From NCBI GenBank assembly GCA_045605765.1, contig JAZUQQ010000014.1, positions 4,076 to 68,075 on the forward strand: a stretch of DNA of 64,000 nucleotides, written 5' to 3'. Shown one piece after another: positions 54,129 to 63,416 of the stretch. Made by a program: the position numbers and the translations under genes. The DNA comes from Eubacteriales bacterium (GTDB lineage Bacteria > Bacillota > Clostridia > Oscillospirales > CAG-272). Each line of letters begins with the position of its first letter. Within the stretch, counting starts at the first letter, position 1. Under the pieces are notes generated by a model that was given only the letters and a program-made list of their open reading frames with translations, was not told the origin of the DNA and made no database searches.

Positions 54129-57050
54129 TTAAGGATTCAAAATATCCATCATCTTATCCCAGTCGAAAAGCTCACCGGGATCGTTCTTGTTCGGGTTATA
54201 CTCGTCGTGACCGATGATATGATCTCTGTCCTTTTCAATGCCGTATCTTTCGCAAATATCCGAAATAAGTCTTCCGAGCGCCTCGTATTGTGCCTCGGTG
54301 TATCCGATAAGCGAAGGATCTATCGTGTCGTATTTCGAGCCGGACATATAGATTGACATATCTTCTTTCGATCCGATAGCCATTATCTCGATACCGATCG
54401 ATCGCTTGTTCATATCACCCGTGACATCGCCGAACGTTCCGGGTCCTGCGTGATATGCTACTCGGTCCTCGGGTACGTTGCAGTAGATAGTGCCGTCTCT
54501 GTCTATCAGGTAGTTCGCATCAACTCCGCCGTCAAGGAAAATGTCGCGGATAAGATCCATATTATAGGGATCGTTCCAGTTTATCTTTATTGCGCTGGAA
54601 AAATGGAGCATAACGTAGTTGGGATCGTTTTCTCTTTCATACGAATAGCTTTCCGCAATAGGGAAAAGGTCGTTTACCGCGCCGTCGTAGATTACGTGCT
54701 CGGACGGTTGTACCGAGTATTTAAGTTGGATATAATCGGTCGAAACGAATCCGTAGCCGCTACCGTATTTTATCTTGTGCCAACCGCTGTAAGTGCCGAC
54801 TATTACGACGGTATCTCCCTTTTTTAAAGCACCGAGCTTTGCATAGCTAGTGCCCGTACCCTTGCGGACGTTAAGACTGTCGGCAGTTACGACTCCGCAG
54901 AGTACCTCTACCTTGTCAACGTATTCGGGGGTAAAGGTCTTGTTATAATAGGGCAGGGATTTTTTGTTTTCAAGCGCCCAGAGAGCGGTGTCGTAGATTA
55001 TGTCCTTGCCTCGTGCCCACATAGTATAGAATTCTCTGAAATGGCTCGGACTTGATCCTGCACCAAATTCTATTGTGAGTGAAGGAATTCCACGCGTTAC
55101 TGCCCAGTCATGAAATCCCGCACAGGTATCAGGGTCACTGTAAAGGACATATTTTAGTTTGTTTGTGATTTTAGCGCAGAGCGATTTGCAGAGCGAATTT
55201 GTTTTAGCGTAATTTTCAAAATCCCAATATACTATCGAGCCTGACGTGTGATAGCTGAGCGTTATATCTATCGCATGCTCGCGCAGATAATTTGCAAGGG
55301 CCTTGCTTTCTGCGGCACATTCGGGATTTTCGCCTATGTAGGACGAGGGAGCAGGTCCATCAGGCAGACTGTCGCGAGCCGCCTTGCGTTCCCAGATAGC
55401 GTCAAAGTTCGAGTTGAGATCGACACCCTTGGCATTTGCCTTCCACGAAGATGTGTTGACGTTTTCTCTGCTGCCAGTATAGAGCGGAGAAATTATTCCT
55501 GTTTGTACTATCTCTACTCCGTCGGGATTTGACATAGGTACGATATGGAAGCAGATCTCGTCAAGCAGCTCACGGAATGTATATCCAGAATTTTCGTACT
55601 CGCTGTCGAGATTTTTGAGCATATAGTCTATCTGAGCCATAAGGACAGTAGTCGTGATATACTCTCTTGCGTGCATACTTGCCTGTATCATAACGTTTAT
55701 GTCAGCATCGGAGTTTCCGATAAGAAGGAGAGTCAGATCTCTGCCCTCCTCGCTCTTTCCGATAGATGAAAGAGTTACAACGTCGGGATAGCTTTCAGCA
55801 ATCTCTTTTGCGTCCGAGAGCATATCCTCGTAGGAATATTTGTCCTTGGCATCAACGTATTTAAGATCGTTTGAGTAGTAGGAGTTGTCTGAATGTATTA
55901 TCTGATGTGAATATACGAGACCGTACTTGCTTCCGTATTTAATATAGACATACGATCCGTAAAAGAAGATAGGAGTGACGCTTTTCCCGTCCGAAAGGGT
56001 GTCGCAGGCTTTTCTATTTGATGCAACGGTATAGACCGTAACATTCGAGGTGGTGTCTATTTCCCATTTGTCGGATATAGTGTAGAGTCCATATTTGTTG
56101 ATAGAGGTTTCGGGGGATATTTTGTAGCTCGCGCTATCCGAATATCTGTACCATTTTGCGGGAAGATACTGAACGAATCCGTGCTTTTTCATAATATCGT
56201 CGAGTAGCTTTCCGTTTGCCGCCGCATCCTTTGAGAGATCGCTAAAATTTCTGTCTGCTTTCGAGCCGCTCGCGTCGAAATCAGTAGGCATCGCGATGGC
56301 TTTTCCGTTCGATTTGACGATAGTCAGAGAAAGAGTATCGCCGTAATTGAAGTCGGTAAAGCCTTTTGTGGGATTGGTCGCGTTTTGTGGGAGCAGGATT
56401 GCAAGATCACTCTGAGCATCAAGCGGACGGTAGGCGTCCCATATTTTCAGAGAAAGACCTTTTGAAAGGAGCTCGTTCTGGACAGCTTTTAGCTTTCTGA
56501 CTGTGCCGTATCGCAGATAAGCCTCGTTAAAGCTATATATCTTGTCACCGAGCAGATTGTTTTCTCCGCCATATCTGATATCGATGAAGATCGACGGGAT
56601 ATGATCCTTTATGCGAACGAAATCGCTGTTTTTTATGCCCGAATCGTCGTCGGTGAGATATTGGTCATTGTCAGGCTCGGGCTCAGGTTCAGGCTCGGGC
56701 TCAGGTTCAGGCTCGGGCTCAGGTTCAGGTTCAGGCTCGGGTTCAGGCTCGGGCTCAGGTTCAGGTTCAGGTTCAGGCTCAGGCTCGGGCTCGGGTTCAG
56801 GTTCAGGCTCGGGCTCAGGTTCAGGCTCGGGCTCAGGTTCAGGTTCAGGTTCAGGCTCAGGTTCGGGCTTAGGCTCAGGTTCAGGCTCAGGCTCGGGTTC
56901 AGGCTCAGGCTCAGGCTCGGGTTCAAACCCCTCGGGGCGATCGTCGTCTTCATCTGTTTGACCGTAGTCACGTATAAGGAGCAGGACGGTTCCCGACAGA
57001 AGAGCGAGAAGCAAAACGAGCGAAATTGTTATTTTGAGAATGGTTTTCAT
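54129..57050 (-). CDS. Membrane-anchored multidomain peptidoglycan hydrolase: TM, (Glu-Pro)n linker, VanX-like M15 domain, SH3-like, M14 carboxypeptidase, SH3, amidase_2
   Basis: TM helix at residues 4-26. EP repeat at residues 43-126. IDIRYGG...IWDAYRP (VanX-like). M14 HAREY (HxxE), SYHTSG and TIEFG. SH3 [27 protein letters not shown]-terminal amidase_2 MLHFSS, AYHAG and [14 protein letters not shown]. Confidence 0.8.
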   Translation of the reverse strand: MKTILKITISLVLLLALLSGTVLLLIRDYGQTDEDDDRPEGFEPEPEPEPEPEPEPEPEPKPEPEPEPEPEPEPEPEPEPEPEPEPEPEPEPEPEPEPEPEPEPEPEPEPEPEPEPEPEPEPEPEPDNDQYLTDDDSGIKNSDFVRIKDHIPSIFIDIRYGGENNLLGDKIYSFNEAYLRYGTVRKLKAVQNELLSKGLSLKIWDAYRPLDAQSDLAILLPQNATNPTKGFTDFNYGDTLSLTIVKSNGKAIAMPTDFDASGSKADRNFSDLSKDAAANGKLLDDIMKKHGFVQYLPAKWYRYSDSASYKISPETSINKYGLYTISDKWEIDTTSNVTVYTVASNRKACDTLSDGKSVTPIFFYGSYVYIKYGSKYGLVYSHQIIHSDNSYYSNDLKYVDAKDKYSYEDMLSDAKEIAESYPDVVTLSSIGKSEEGRDLTLLLIGNSDADINVMIQASMHAREYITTTVLMAQIDYMLKNLDSEYENSGYTFRELLDEICFHIVPMSNPDGVEIVQTGIISPLYTGSRENVNTSSWKANAKGVDLNSNFDAIWERKAARDSLPDGPAPSSYIGENPECAAESKALANYLREHAIDITLSYHTSGSIVYWDFENYAKTNSLCKSLCAKITNKLKYVLYSDPDTCAGFHDWAVTRGIPSLTIEFGAGSSPSHFREFYTMWARGKDIIYDTALWALENKKSLPYYNKTFTPEYVDKVEVLCGVVTADSLNVRKGTGTSYAKLGALKKGDTVVIVGTYSGWHKIKYGSGYGFVSTDYIQLKYSVQPSEHVIYDGAVNDLFPIAESYSYERENDPNYVMLHFSSAIKINWNDPYNMDLIRDIFLDGGVDANYLIDRDGTIYCNVPEDRVAYHAGPGTFGDVTGDMNKRSIGIEIMAIGSKEDMSIYMSGSKYDTIDPSLIGYTEAQYEALGRLISDICERYGIEKDRDHIIGHDEYNPNKNDPGELFDWDKMMDILNP
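56673..56924. repeat. Tandem 6-nt (GGYTCR-type) repeat tract encoding 84 residues of Glu-Pro dipeptides
   Basis: Uninterrupted CAGGCTCGGGCTCAGGTTCAGG...-type periodicity on the plus strand. It translates on the minus strand to EPEPEP..., with one KP. Confidence 0.9.
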
Positions 57051-57084
57051 AGTTTATCTCCGGTGAAAATGTCTGTTTGCTGTT

Positions 57085-57741
57085 TTACGTTTGTGTGTAT
57101 GGAAGATCTAAAAGTGTCATAAAAAAGTCCTTGCAGCGAGCAAGATACTCGCGCAGGTCGTATTTGAACTGATTGTCATATACTCCAAGCGTCGCCGATG
57201 CTCCGAAAATTTTGATGCCGCTTTCCTTACCTATATACATTGCGCGGTAGAGGTGATACTTTTGAGAAACGACGACCGCGCTTTCGATGTCAAAGACCTC
57301 GCTTGCACGCCTCATCGTGTCGTAGGTAGAGAGTCCGCCGTTGTCTGTGAGTATATCTTCGCTCTCAACTCCAAGTGAAACGAGATAGCTTTTCATAGCC
57401 TCGGGCTCGTTGTTGAAGCTCTCGGTCGGATTTCCGCTTACGATGATCTTTTTGACTCTGCCGTTGAAATATAGCTCCGCTCCCGTGTCAAGACGGTGTT
57501 TCAGCATAACGCTCGGAGTTTTGTCAGAATATACCCTACAACCTAGGATGATCGCGTAATCTGCCGAAATGTCCGAGTTTCCTATCTCGTTAAAATCAAG
57601 TATTTCATCGCTAGAGATAGAAAGCATAAAAGCGTTTATGATAGCGGAAAAAACAAGAGTCAGAACGGCGAGTGAGATTATGCAAAGAAGGAATATCCGA
57701 ACTGTTCTTTGGATCTTCAAGGTGTTGCCGTTACCGTTCAT
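57085..57741 (-). CDS. sanA: SanA/YdcF (DUF218) family protein
   Basis: An N-terminal TM helix followed by DYAIILGC...VSGNP...EPEAMKSYL, which is DUF218-like. Confidence 0.75.
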   Translation of the reverse strand: MNGNGNTLKIQRTVRIFLLCIISLAVLTLVFSAIINAFMLSISSDEILDFNEIGNSDISADYAIILGCRVYSDKTPSVMLKHRLDTGAELYFNGRVKKIIVSGNPTESFNNEPEAMKSYLVSLGVESEDILTDNGGLSTYDTMRRASEVFDIESAVVVSQKYHLYRAMYIGKESGIKIFGASATLGVYDNQFKYDLREYLARCKDFFMTLLDLPYTQT

Positions 57742-58456
57742 AGATCACTGCGCCTCCTATATCGTACAATGGTTTGTCGGAAAGCGATACAAGCTTTACG
57801 GAGTGCTTTGCCGCAAAATCGCGGATTTTGTCGAAATCTGGGTGAGACTCGATCCTTCCGAAAAAGAACACTGTATTATTGTATGTGAAAGATGCTCCGC
57901 CGATGAATCCGTAGTCGTATCCGTCGAGCACAATATTTCCGGAAGAGATTTGGAGAACGTCCACTCCGTTTTCCGAGGCTGCGTTTGCGATGCTTGGGTC
58001 GGCAGTGATAATGGCACGCTCACTCAGCTTACACACACTGCAACGTGTATACCCTTGCCTTGTGAAGACCGCTTTTTTAGCAGATCGTACGAGGGTTTTG
58101 GAGAGCTTGTCAATTCGACCGTATAGATTTTCAGACAAAAAAAGCCCGTTCAAAAGAATATCGTTAGGATATTTTTTGCTCGCGGACTCAGCTATGGTAA
58201 CAATTTTTATATAGTTTTCGTCAAAAATCGCTCTGTTTTCACTATAATAATCAGAGTGCGCGGCAAGAGCTTCTCCTATGGGGCAGAGAAGCATATCGGC
58301 GTGTGAAGCAACCGCGTTATCAAGCGCATCAAAAGGCGGGAGAGTTAATACACGAAAGGATTTTTCGAGTAAAAGCTTCTCCTCGCTGCCGATATTTTCG
58401 CTACAAAGCAAATATGGACGAAATACTTCGTCCATTTTATTTTTTGCTGATGACAT
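57731..58456 (-). CDS. Conserved hypothetical protein (possibly DUF6873 / amidinotransferase-like fold)
   Basis: The ATG at 58456 is chosen so the gene does not overlap rpmB. Family attribution comes from memory only. Confidence 0.45.
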   Translation of the reverse strand: MSSAKNKMDEVFRPYLLCSENIGSEEKLLLEKSFRVLTLPPFDALDNAVASHADMLLCPIGEALAAHSDYYSENRAIFDENYIKIVTIAESASKKYPNDILLNGLFLSENLYGRIDKLSKTLVRSAKKAVFTRQGYTRCSVCKLSERAIITADPSIANAASENGVDVLQISSGNIVLDGYDYGFIGGASFTYNNTVFFFGRIESHPDFDKIRDFAAKHSVKLVSLSDKPLYDIGGAVIYER

Positions 58457-58469
58457 TAATACGTTATAA

Positions 58470-58655
58470 TTAAACGCGGGTAACCTTACCGGAACGGAGG
58501 CAACGCGAGCACACATGAAGAGTCTTGTGAGTTCCGTTTACGTCTGCCTTGACTGTTCTGATGTTGGGTTTCCACTGTCTGTTGGTCTTGCGGTTAGAGT
58601 GGGAAACTTTAAGTCCGAACGTTACACCTTTTCCGCAGATATCACACTTTGCCAT
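58470..58655 (-). CDS. rpmB: 50S ribosomal protein L28
   Basis: MAKCDICGKGVTFGLKVSHSNRKTNRQWKPN. SD GGAGG lies 7 nt upstream of the ATG at 58655. Confidence 0.93.
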   Translation of the reverse strand: MAKCDICGKGVTFGLKVSHSNRKTNRQWKPNIRTVKADVNGTHKTLHVCSRCLRSGKVTRV

Positions 58656-58843
58656 ATTCTGCACCTCCAATTTTATATACAAATAATTATTATTTTAAGT
58701 ATTTGCCGACTTTCGAAAAGTCAACGGATAGAATTATATCACAATACTTTCAAAAATGCAAGAGGATTTTTGAAAAAACAGAAAAAAATACAAAAAATCT
58801 TTATAATTTTTTCTGCAAATCGGCAAAATCCATACTTTTGCAC

Positions 58844-59608
58844 TCAGTTTGAGCTGTCTTCCGAACTATCGTCCGATTTTTCGTGTGCTTTTTCTGCCTC
58901 GGTAGGTACACTTTTCTTGAAGCTGAACTTCTTTTCCTCGCCCTTCATAAGTCTTGCCACGTTGGCTCTGTGATTGAACAGGATAAAGAAAGCGAGAAAA
59001 ACAGAGCAGAGTGCCATAATGAGAGTTATTCCGCCCGCGCTTCTGTAAACCATATTCAAAATAAGCGGAAAGAAGAGCGAGGTTATTATTGAGCCTGCCG
59101 AGATGTATTTGGTTGCGGCGACGATCACTACGAAGATTATAAGACAGATAAGGAAGATAAGAGGCTCTGCGGCAAGCACCATTCCTGCGGCTGTGGCGAA
59201 GCCTTTTCCTCCTCTGAATTTATAGAATACAGGAAAGCAGTGACCTATCATACAGGCAATACCCGCGATATAAGCCACGTCTATTCCGCAAACGAGCATA
59301 GACAGGGCAACGCTGAGTATCGATTTCATAACATCTCCGAGAAGCACCATGACTGCCGCCTTGGTGCCGAAGGTACGCATCATATTTGTCATTCCAGCGT
59401 TTTTGCTTCCGTAGTCTCGGATATCCTTGCCGTATGCCGCCTTGGAAATTACGATAGCGAAATTCACACTTCCGAGAAGATATGATCCGATAACAAGAAG
59501 AGCGGCAACTGCTATGAAAATATAAGTTTCTACGCCTTTATCTCCGCTTGCGAGTGACATGAGTCCAAAGTGTCTTATATCCTGAAAAGAATAAAGTGCA
59601 ATGTTCAT
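58844..59608 (-). CDS. plsY: Glycerol-3-phosphate acyltransferase PlsY, with N- and C-terminal extensions
   Basis: GSVNFAIVISK...DIRDYGSKNAGMTN...FRGGKG motifs. The ATG at 59608 follows GGAGG. Acidic, Ser-rich C-terminal tail. Confidence 0.85.
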   Translation of the reverse strand: MNIALYSFQDIRHFGLMSLASGDKGVETYIFIAVAALLVIGSYLLGSVNFAIVISKAAYGKDIRDYGSKNAGMTNMMRTFGTKAAVMVLLGDVMKSILSVALSMLVCGIDVAYIAGIACMIGHCFPVFYKFRGGKGFATAAGMVLAAEPLIFLICLIIFVVIVAATKYISAGSIITSLFFPLILNMVYRSAGGITLIMALCSVFLAFFILFNHRANVARLMKGEEKKFSFKKSVPTEAEKAHEKSDDSSEDSSN

Positions 59609-59626
59609 AAATACCTCCAAAAGAGA

Positions 59627-60955
59627 TCAGGTCTCGTCTCCGCGCTGGCGAAGAACGAACCTTATCGGAGTTCCTTTAAATCCAAACACCTCACGGAGTT
59701 GGTTTTCGATATATCTCTGATAAGAATAGTGGAAAAGCCGAATATCATTGCAGAAAAGCACGAATGACGGAGGCTTTATTGAGGTTTGAGTCATATAATA
59801 TATTTTGAGTCTGCGACCCTTGTCAGACGGAGGCTGAACTCTTGCCATAGCGTCTGCGAGCATATCGTTGAGCATTCCCGTAGTTATTCTCATGCACGAC
59901 TGATTATTGACGTAATTTATGTGCTCAAACAGCTTTTCAAGTCGTTGACCTGTCTTTGCCGAAACGAAGATAAGGGGAGCGTAGGTCATATAGGAAAGCG
60001 CCTGATATATCTTTTCGGTAAACTTTCTCGTAGTCGAGTTATCTTTTTCGATAAGATCCCACTTGTTTACGACGATTATCGAGGCTTTTCCTGCCTCGTG
60101 AGCAATTCCTGCGATCTTCTCGTCCTGCTCGGTGATGCCTTTCTCGGCATCGATAACGAGCAGGCAAACGTCTGCCTTTTCGACTGCCATCTTGGCGCGA
60201 AGAACGCTGTATTTTTCGATCTTGTCATCAACTCTGCTCTGACGTCTGATGCCTGCGGTGTCGATGAAGGTATATTTTCCGTAGTCGTTATCTACCTCAG
60301 TGTCGATGGCATCGCGGGTAGTTCCAGCAATATTCGATACGATAAGACGGTTTTCACCGAGAATTTTGTTGATTATCGAGCTTTTCCCCGCATTCGGTTT
60401 TCCGATAACTGCGACCTTTATGCGGTCGTTCTCATCTTCCTCGTCCTCAAAATCGGGTAGTCTGTCATATACGGCGTCGAGCAGGTCTCCCGTACCGCTT
60501 CCGTGTACCGAGGAAAGAGGGATGGGGTCGCCGTCGAAGCCGAGCTCGTAGAATTCGTAAAATTCGGGAGGCGGAGCGCCGATCTTGTCGATCTTGTTTA
60601 CCGCAACTACTACGGGAGTGCGCGCACGAAGGAGCATATTCGCGATATCTCTGTCGCTTGCCGTTACGCCTGAATGAATATCGCACATAAAGATTATGAC
60701 GTCTGCGCTTTCAATGGCGATCTCTGCTTGAGTACGCATATGTTTGAGGATTATATCGTCAGTCTTCGGCTCAATACCTCCGGTGTCTATCATAAGACAT
60801 GTCTTTCCGCGCCATTCAATGTCGTGATAGATACGGTCGCGCGTTACGCCGGGAGTATCCTCAACGATAGCGATGCGTTCACCCGCAAGCTTATTGAAGA
60901 GTGTCGATTTTCCGACGTTCGGACGTCCGACTATTGCAATTACGGGTTTTGACAT
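59627..60955 (-). CDS. der: Ribosome biogenesis GTPase Der (EngA)
   Basis: Two G domains (GRPNVGKST and GKPNAGKSS) plus a KH-like C-terminus. Confidence 0.95.
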   Translation of the reverse strand: MSKPVIAIVGRPNVGKSTLFNKLAGERIAIVEDTPGVTRDRIYHDIEWRGKTCLMIDTGGIEPKTDDIILKHMRTQAEIAIESADVIIFMCDIHSGVTASDRDIANMLLRARTPVVVAVNKIDKIGAPPPEFYEFYELGFDGDPIPLSSVHGSGTGDLLDAVYDRLPDFEDEEDENDRIKVAVIGKPNAGKSSIINKILGENRLIVSNIAGTTRDAIDTEVDNDYGKYTFIDTAGIRRQSRVDDKIEKYSVLRAKMAVEKADVCLLVIDAEKGITEQDEKIAGIAHEAGKASIIVVNKWDLIEKDNSTTRKFTEKIYQALSYMTYAPLIFVSAKTGQRLEKLFEHINYVNNQSCMRITTGMLNDMLADAMARVQPPSDKGRRLKIYYMTQTSIKPPSFVLFCNDIRLFHYSYQRYIENQLREVFGFKGTPIRFVLRQRGDET

Positions 60956-60984
60956 TTTAAGCCCACCTTTCTAAAAATGTTGTT

Positions 60985-62292
60985 TTAATTATCAAGAATT
61001 GCTTTTATAAATTCGTATCCGTCGGTAGGGACGGGAACGATCTTCACGCTGAGCGCTTCTTCCACCTCGCTTACCGACATACTGTCGAGAAAGAAATCTC
61101 CCTCGGCACGAAGCATATTTGACGAGATATAAAGGGTATCTCCAAGCTCCTTGCCACGTAGCTGTGAAACGAGATCACAACCGCAGATAAGCCCTGCGAC
61201 GGTTATCGATCTTCCGAAGAAGTCGTTTTCTATTTTATATACGTTTCCGCACAGCGACGGGCATTTTTCGCACAGACGCTCACTCAACGATGAGATGAAT
61301 TCAAACGCCGCATCGCCCGTTGCAACAGAAAAATTCTTTTTCACAGAGGTATCAAAATCCTCGTCGATATATTCAAGCTCGCCGTTAAACTCGTCGAGCA
61401 TAGAAACTATCATTCCCACTCCGTTTTCAAATTGCGGATAGTCTCCGTAGTACGTAGCGTCGGGAAATGGAGTTTTCGATTTTAAATACAACTCGTCTGC
61501 ACAGCAGAATATGCGTTCACCGCATTCTTCCACACATCTGTCTCCGAAAGAGGTTACTTGCTTTATAACCTCTGCTGATTCCTCGGGAGAAAAAGCTTCG
61601 AGCGGATAAAGACCGTTTCTGTGCTTTGTGAGTCCTGCAGGAACTATCGAAACGCTTGAAATTGCAGGATATAGCGCATAGAGATCACGCATAGTACGGT
61701 CAAGCTCCTCGCCGTCGTTAAGACCTTTGCATAGGACTATCTGACCGTTTATCGTTATTCCTGCATCGGCAAGCTTCCTCAGGTATTCGAGAGACTTGCC
61801 CGCAAAGCGATTTTTCATCATTTTGTAGCGAAGCTCGGGGTTAGTCGTATGGACTGATACGTTTATCGGTGACATATGCATCTTTATAATGCGGTCGATG
61901 TCGCTATCCTTTAAATTGGTAAGAGTTATATAGTTTCCCGAAAGGAAGGAAAGCCGTGAATCGTCGTCCTTGAAATAGATAGTTTCACGCATACCCGAAG
62001 GATTTTGGTCGATAAAGCAGAAAACACAGTTGTTTCGGCAGGAACGCTTATTGTCCATAAGATATGTGTCAAAATCGAGACCAATATCCGAGTATTCGTC
62101 CTTTGATATTTTCACCTCAAAAAGCTCGGGACCTCGATGTATAACGAGAAAAAGCTCACTTTCCGCGATGTAGAACTGATAGTCGAGTACATCAGCAATA
62201 TCGTTTCCGTTGACAGATATGAGAACATCGCCGTCAAGAATCCCCGCCTTATCGGCAAGTGATCCTTTTTTTACCGAAGCAACTGTTACCAT
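60985..62292 (-). CDS. DUF512 domain protein (PDZ plus radical-SAM-like region)
   Basis: N-terminal PDZ-like VASVKKGSLADKAGILDGDVLISVNG. CRNNCVFCF. Canonical position upstream of der. The ATG at 62292 follows GAGGGGG. Confidence 0.8.
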   Translation of the reverse strand: MVTVASVKKGSLADKAGILDGDVLISVNGNDIADVLDYQFYIAESELFLVIHRGPELFEVKISKDEYSDIGLDFDTYLMDNKRSCRNNCVFCFIDQNPSGMRETIYFKDDDSRLSFLSGNYITLTNLKDSDIDRIIKMHMSPINVSVHTTNPELRYKMMKNRFAGKSLEYLRKLADAGITINGQIVLCKGLNDGEELDRTMRDLYALYPAISSVSIVPAGLTKHRNGLYPLEAFSPEESAEVIKQVTSFGDRCVEECGERIFCCADELYLKSKTPFPDATYYGDYPQFENGVGMIVSMLDEFNGELEYIDEDFDTSVKKNFSVATGDAAFEFISSLSERLCEKCPSLCGNVYKIENDFFGRSITVAGLICGCDLVSQLRGKELGDTLYISSNMLRAEGDFFLDSMSVSEVEEALSVKIVPVPTDGYEFIKAILDN

Positions 62293-62427
62293 ATACAGTC
62301 CCCCTCGCTTTCCATTTAAATGAATTTTTTGAGTGACCTTGCCTAAAACAAAATACACCGCTGTTAAGCGGTGAAAATTGTTTTTCTAATCAGCCGCTTC
62401 TGTCGTATTACGGCAAAACCGTGCTCT

Positions 62428-62470
62428 AAAAAAACGACAGGGTATGTCCGGTACTTTGCGAACATACCCT
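62428..62470 (-). terminator. Rho-independent terminator after rpmF
   Basis: Minus strand AGGGTATGT..ACATACCCT followed by T7. Confidence 0.75.
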
Positions 62471-62479
62471 CATTTGGCT

Positions 62480-62677
62480 TTAAGCATCAGCGCTATCCTT
62501 GTTTACGTCAATGATAGTCTTGCCGTTGTATGTGCCGCATGCGCTGCAAACCTTGTGCGGAGCCTTGTATTCACCACACTTAGGACATATTTGGAGCGCG
62601 GGAGCGTCGATCTTAGAGTTGTTCGAACGTCTCTTGTCGCGTCTTGCCTTCGATACTTTTTTCTTCGGTACTGCCAT
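62480..62677 (-). CDS. rpmF: 50S ribosomal protein L32
   Basis: MAVPKKKVSKARRDKRR...CPKCGEYKAPHKVCSACG. Confidence 0.93.
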   Translation of the reverse strand: MAVPKKKVSKARRDKRRSNNSKIDAPALQICPKCGEYKAPHKVCSACGTYNGKTIIDVNKDSADA

Positions 62678-62739
62678 TTATAAACACCTCCCGGACGTTT
62701 TTCTAAAATTACCTAAACTGTATTATATACCAAATAATT

Positions 62740-63237
62740 TTATTTGTCAAGTAGTTTTGTGAGAATTTCGAGCCTTGGATCAATTTCTTTTTTTGTGCAC
62801 GAGCATTTTGAGTGGTTTAAATTCTGTCCGCAGACGTCACACAGACCCGCGCAATCCTCTTTGCAGAGCAGTCGCATTGGGAATTCAAGCAGAACCGCCT
62901 CGTTTACCTGCGCGTTGCAGTTCACTGAGTTGTTTACTACTATAATATAGTCGTCAGTGTCCTCGTCGCTGAGCGTTCCATGAACGGCGAGGGGCATATT
63001 TACGTTTACCTCAAATACCCCGTTTATGTCCTCAACACATCTTGCACAGACAGAAACGTAGGGCAGAGAAGCGTGAAGTGAGAGGGTCATATAACCCGCT
63101 CTGTTGTCCACATTGCCCGTGACCTTACAGCCTCCTGTGAAGGTGACTCCATCTATTTCGGGCAACTCTGACATTTCATATTCAAAATTCAGAAATGATG
63201 CTTCACCGCGCAAAACAGGACTCAGATCAATAAGCAT
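62740..63237 (-). CDS. yceD: YceD family (DUF177) protein
   Basis: Canonical position upstream of rpmF. C-terminal Cys cluster CKEDCAGLCDVCGQNLN. The ATG at 63237 is chosen. Confidence 0.82.
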   Translation of the reverse strand: MLIDLSPVLRGEASFLNFEYEMSELPEIDGVTFTGGCKVTGNVDNRAGYMTLSLHASLPYVSVCARCVEDINGVFEVNVNMPLAVHGTLSDEDTDDYIIVVNNSVNCNAQVNEAVLLEFPMRLLCKEDCAGLCDVCGQNLNHSKCSCTKKEIDPRLEILTKLLDK

Positions 63238-63416
63238 ATTATCACCGCAAAAAAATGATTTAAGACTTTTTATATCACAAAAGTCGCAAAATATATTATA
63301 CACATACGTTGGGATTTGTCAATAGAAAAATCGGTTTTTACAAAATTTCGTCAAAAACCAGTATAAAAGGTCGGAAAATCAGGATAAAAATGTTTAAAAT
63401 CAGCATATATCAACGC

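Noticed and set aside
56673-56924. Possible CRISPR array, because of the highly regular repeats.
   Set aside because: The period is 6-12 nt with no unique spacers, it lies inside a coding frame, and there are no cas genes anywhere in the window.
56611-56961. ORFs translating to (GS)n on the plus strand and to (LSLNP)n-type and (RF/LG)n-type repeats (56633-56971, 56601-57122).
   Set aside because: These are alternative-frame or antisense readings of the Glu-Pro hexanucleotide repeat inside the 973-aa hydrolase gene. Only the minus-strand EP frame is continuous with flanking recognisable domains.
58730-58780. Inverted repeat TTTCAAAAAT..ATTTTTGAAA upstream of rpmB, considered as another member of the repeat family or as an L28 autoregulatory leader.
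   Set aside because: It shares only the A/T-run half with the family and overlaps the rpmB -35 region. The evidence is insufficient for either interpretation.
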